From an uncultured Alphaproteobacteria bacterium (GTDB taxonomy: Bacteria > Pseudomonadota > Alphaproteobacteria > Methylaequorales > Methylaequoraceae), in assembly GCA_902540805.1 (NCBI GenBank), contig CACBON010000006.1, positions 6,081 through 70,080 of the forward strand: a DNA stretch of 64,000 nt, given 5' to 3'. A model generated the notes under the pieces. That model was not told the origin of the DNA. It was given only the letters and a program-made list of their open reading frames with translations, and did not search any database. Each line of letters starts with the position of its first letter. Position 1 is the first letter of the stretch. Shown here one piece after another: positions 61,636 to 64,000 of the stretch. Position numbers and translations under genes: made by a program.

Positions 61636-61955
61636 GTTTTAGATTTGAACCAAGTTACAATTTCACTTTTTGGCAAAAGACCCACTTTCGTGTCAACTAA
61701 ATTTCCCTCTTTAAATAACAACAATGTAGGTATACTTCTAATGGAGTATTTCATGGCTAGGTCTTGATTTTCATCTAGGTTAATTTTTACCACATTAATC
61801 TCATTTTTCATTTCATCTGAAAGTTCCTCCAATATTGGCGAGAGCATCTTACAGGGTCCGCACCATTCTGCCCAGAAATCTACAATTACAGGAAGGTTAG
61901 ATTTGAGAACTTCATCTTCAAAATCATTTTCGTTACAATTTTTTATAGCTGTCAT
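61632..61955 (-). CDS. trxA: Thioredoxin
   Basis: VDFWAEWCGPCK, SIPTL. Confidence 0.98.
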   Translation of the reverse strand: MTAIKNCNENDFEDEVLKSNLPVIVDFWAEWCGPCKMLSPILEELSDEMKNEINVVKINLDENQDLAMKYSIRSIPTLLLFKEGNLVDTKVGLLPKSEIVTWFKSKT

Positions 61956-61967
61956 TTTAGCACTCCA

Positions 61968-63443
61968 TTAATTTGCAAAAAGTTTTTTTGATAAATTCAT
62001 ATCAAATTGAATTGGGTTTGCATTTGGATTATTATAATAATCATTTAAAAAGTTAATGTAAATATTATACTGATCTATTTGTTCTTTTAAATCATTTCCT
62101 AAATCATTTTCTTCAATTTCTATAGATAATGAATCAGCCTCTTCCATAGCTGCTGGGATTGTTATAAATTTTTTTTTCTCTAAGGAACAAATCCTCTCCG
62201 AAATTTTTTTATGTAGCAATTTAAAAATTTTTTTAGGAAGTTCCTCTGGATAATTTCTATAAATATGACGCGCTGCAAAAAATCTAAGCCTCTGATCTTT
62301 AAATTTTTCGGCAAAACTCCACTTCTTGTCCCATTCCTCGTGATGAAACCTATTCATAATTATTGAATCGTTGTAATTGAGTTTTTGAGAATAAATCGTT
62401 TCCTCTTCTAATTTAATTTCCTGAGACTGATTTTCACTGTAATCTAATGATTCTTTTTCCAGGATTTTATTGAGATTCATGAGAAATTCTTTTTTCTGAA
62501 GTTGCTCACATTTTAAATTTATTTCATGATCAGTTAATTCATTATAAGGACTGAGATTTCTTGCATAAGATTTGTCCAAAATAGATGGTTGTTTATTTAA
62601 TTTAATTTTTCTGAAAAATGATTTTGATCTATATGTTTCTCCCAATTCATCTATGCCATAATTAACAATTTCTGAGGTGTCATATTTAAGATCAAATCCA
62701 ATCATTTGGTTTTTGTAAACTGGGTGTTTCAAAAGATTTTTAACAAGATAAACCCTATGCTTGTTAAAGATGTAGTTGTGCATTGTGAAAATATTTTGAT
62801 CAATAATTTTATTTTCTAATTTTACAGGATACGAATTGTTGATGAATATTTTAAAGAGGTCGTAATTATTTTTTAAAAGCATTTCCAGAAGTTTCATTGT
62901 GGTTTCAACGTCTGCAATTGCTTCGTGTGCATTGTCAGACTCAAAACAATTTGCTTTTGCCAAACTTTCCAACTTGAATGTTATTTTTCCCTCATCATTT
63001 ACCTCAACATTTAAGGCATTTTTTCTGAAAGCATGAACTAATGTCACAAAATTAAGTACATCTAGTCTCGAGTTTCCATTTGTATTTGTTAAGTAAGGGA
63101 AAGTAAAATGCTCCCAAAGTGTTTGTCTAAAAAATTCTTCATCGAAATTTATAGAGTTAAAACCAACAAAAAAGGAGTCTTGGAATTTTGATAAAAAACT
63201 ATGCATTTTCATTGTCATTTCATAACAACTCATCTTCTCTGAGAGAATATCTGAGATCTTTAATTTATTAACTCTTAAAGCATTGATTGATGGAACAATG
63301 TCTGGGTTAATACGCGATTTTAAATTTAACTTATTTAAAACTTTTAGGTTCTGATCATAAATTATAATTCCCGCTTGAAGAATTTGGTCAAATCGAGAAC
63401 TTCTTCCAGATGTTTCAAAATCGTAAACTATAAAATTATTCAC
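61968..63443 (-). CDS. sbcB: Exonuclease I (SbcB)-like DEDDh 3'-5' ssDNA exonuclease
   Basis: YDFETSG..DQILQ.G, GFNSINFDEEFFR, FKLESLAKAN...AHEAIADV, K.NK.P; length typical of ExoI. Confidence 0.85.
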   Translation of the reverse strand: MNNFIVYDFETSGRSSRFDQILQAGIIIYDQNLKVLNKLNLKSRINPDIVPSINALRVNKLKISDILSEKMSCYEMTMKMHSFLSKFQDSFFVGFNSINFDEEFFRQTLWEHFTFPYLTNTNGNSRLDVLNFVTLVHAFRKNALNVEVNDEGKITFKLESLAKANCFESDNAHEAIADVETTMKLLEMLLKNNYDLFKIFINNSYPVKLENKIIDQNIFTMHNYIFNKHRVYLVKNLLKHPVYKNQMIGFDLKYDTSEIVNYGIDELGETYRSKSFFRKIKLNKQPSILDKSYARNLSPYNELTDHEINLKCEQLQKKEFLMNLNKILEKESLDYSENQSQEIKLEEETIYSQKLNYNDSIIMNRFHHEEWDKKWSFAEKFKDQRLRFFAARHIYRNYPEELPKKIFKLLHKKISERICSLEKKKFITIPAAMEEADSLSIEIEENDLGNDLKEQIDQYNIYINFLNDYYNNPNANPIQFDMNLSKKLFAN

Positions 63444-63999
63444 AATAATTTTCCTTAAATTTTTTAAGATCTTCTACTGTTCCTATGTGAAACCATTGAT
63501 TTTCGTCTACATAACCAAATAATTTTTTTTTTTCTAAAGAACTAATTATCTGTTCTTTTAATGAAAAGCAATTTTTCTTTATATCCTTTATAATATTTTG
63601 CTTAATTATTTGCAGCCCTGTATATGCATACGAAGGATTATTTTTTATTTCTAATTTTGACGATGAGAAGTTGTCACTTTGAAGATCAAAATCTCCATTA
63701 CCATTGTAACCAAAAAAATCTTCCTTTCTTTTTAAACATAAGAGCATATCCATTTTATGTGGGTTCCATAGACTAACGATTTTGTCAATTGACTTATAAT
63801 TTTTGTCATACCAAAAAATATCTCCGTTAAGAAGTACAATAGGAGTGTTTTCTCTGAAGTATTTCTCGTTAATTGCATTTAATAAGCCTCCTCCTGTTTC
63901 AAGTCTCTCAGCTTCGACAATAACTTTTACTGATTTGAACATTTTTGTTTCGTTAATAATTTTTTCTGAATGATGATAAGCATTTACGACAATATTTCT
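63436..63999 (-). CDS. Nucleotidyltransferase family protein (MurU-like), 5'-truncated by window edge
   Basis: Frame is open to the window end (RNIVVNAYHH..), LETGGG, NGD..W, YTGLQI, WFHIGT. Confidence 0.85.
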   Translation of the reverse strand, partial: RNIVVNAYHHSEKIINETKMFKSVKVIVEAERLETGGGLLNAINEKYFRENTPIVLLNGDIFWYDKNYKSIDKIVSLWNPHKMDMLLCLKRKEDFFGYNGNGDFDLQSDNFSSSKLEIKNNPSYAYTGLQIIKQNIIKDIKKNCFSLKEQIISSLEKKKLFGYVDENQWFHIGTVEDLKKFKENYCE

Positions 64000-64000
64000 G

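Noticed and set aside
1-64000. CRISPR arrays, rRNA, IS elements and long tandem repeats
   Set aside because: None seen; almost all sequence is accounted for by coding genes and short spacers

Overview
An AT-rich, extremely compact chromosomal segment of a free-living alphaproteobacterium; a streamlined marine lineage is inferred from gene order, A/T homopolymers, Lys/Ile-rich proteins and near-absent intergenic DNA. Most of the window is conserved core: yidC-engB-argB-dapDE, truA-fmt-def, rmuC, ffs-dnaX-ybaB-recR, pheA-kdsB-cyt c-hisN-yejABEF, lepA-pheST-rplT-rpmI-infC-thrS, kdsD-lptCAB-hpf-ptsN, aroA-cmk-rpsA-sppA-ihfB-pyrF-trpFBA-accD-folC and trxA. It also holds two tRNAs and the SRP RNA. 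One accessory block of about 10 kb (20.4-30.7 kb) abuts the 3' end of tRNA-Ser and has a metal/ion theme. Its best candidate for an undescribed system is a two-gene unit: a LutH-type TonB-dependent receptor with acidic, Cys-flanked loops followed by a lanpepsy-like tandem-PepSY protein. This suggests a minimal lanthanide-scavenging module. The block also encodes NhaD, a COG4337 (metal-independent, iota-type) carbonic anhydrase homologue, TerB, SelO, MarR and a His-substituted TMEM65-like membrane protein. Other observations are the absence of rpoN from its usual slot, an exonuclease I in the addAB slot, a lapA gene frameshifted at a T12 run, a membrane-anchored YejA and a ROSE-like thermometer. 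All family assignments come from motif recognition by eye; no database searches were run.
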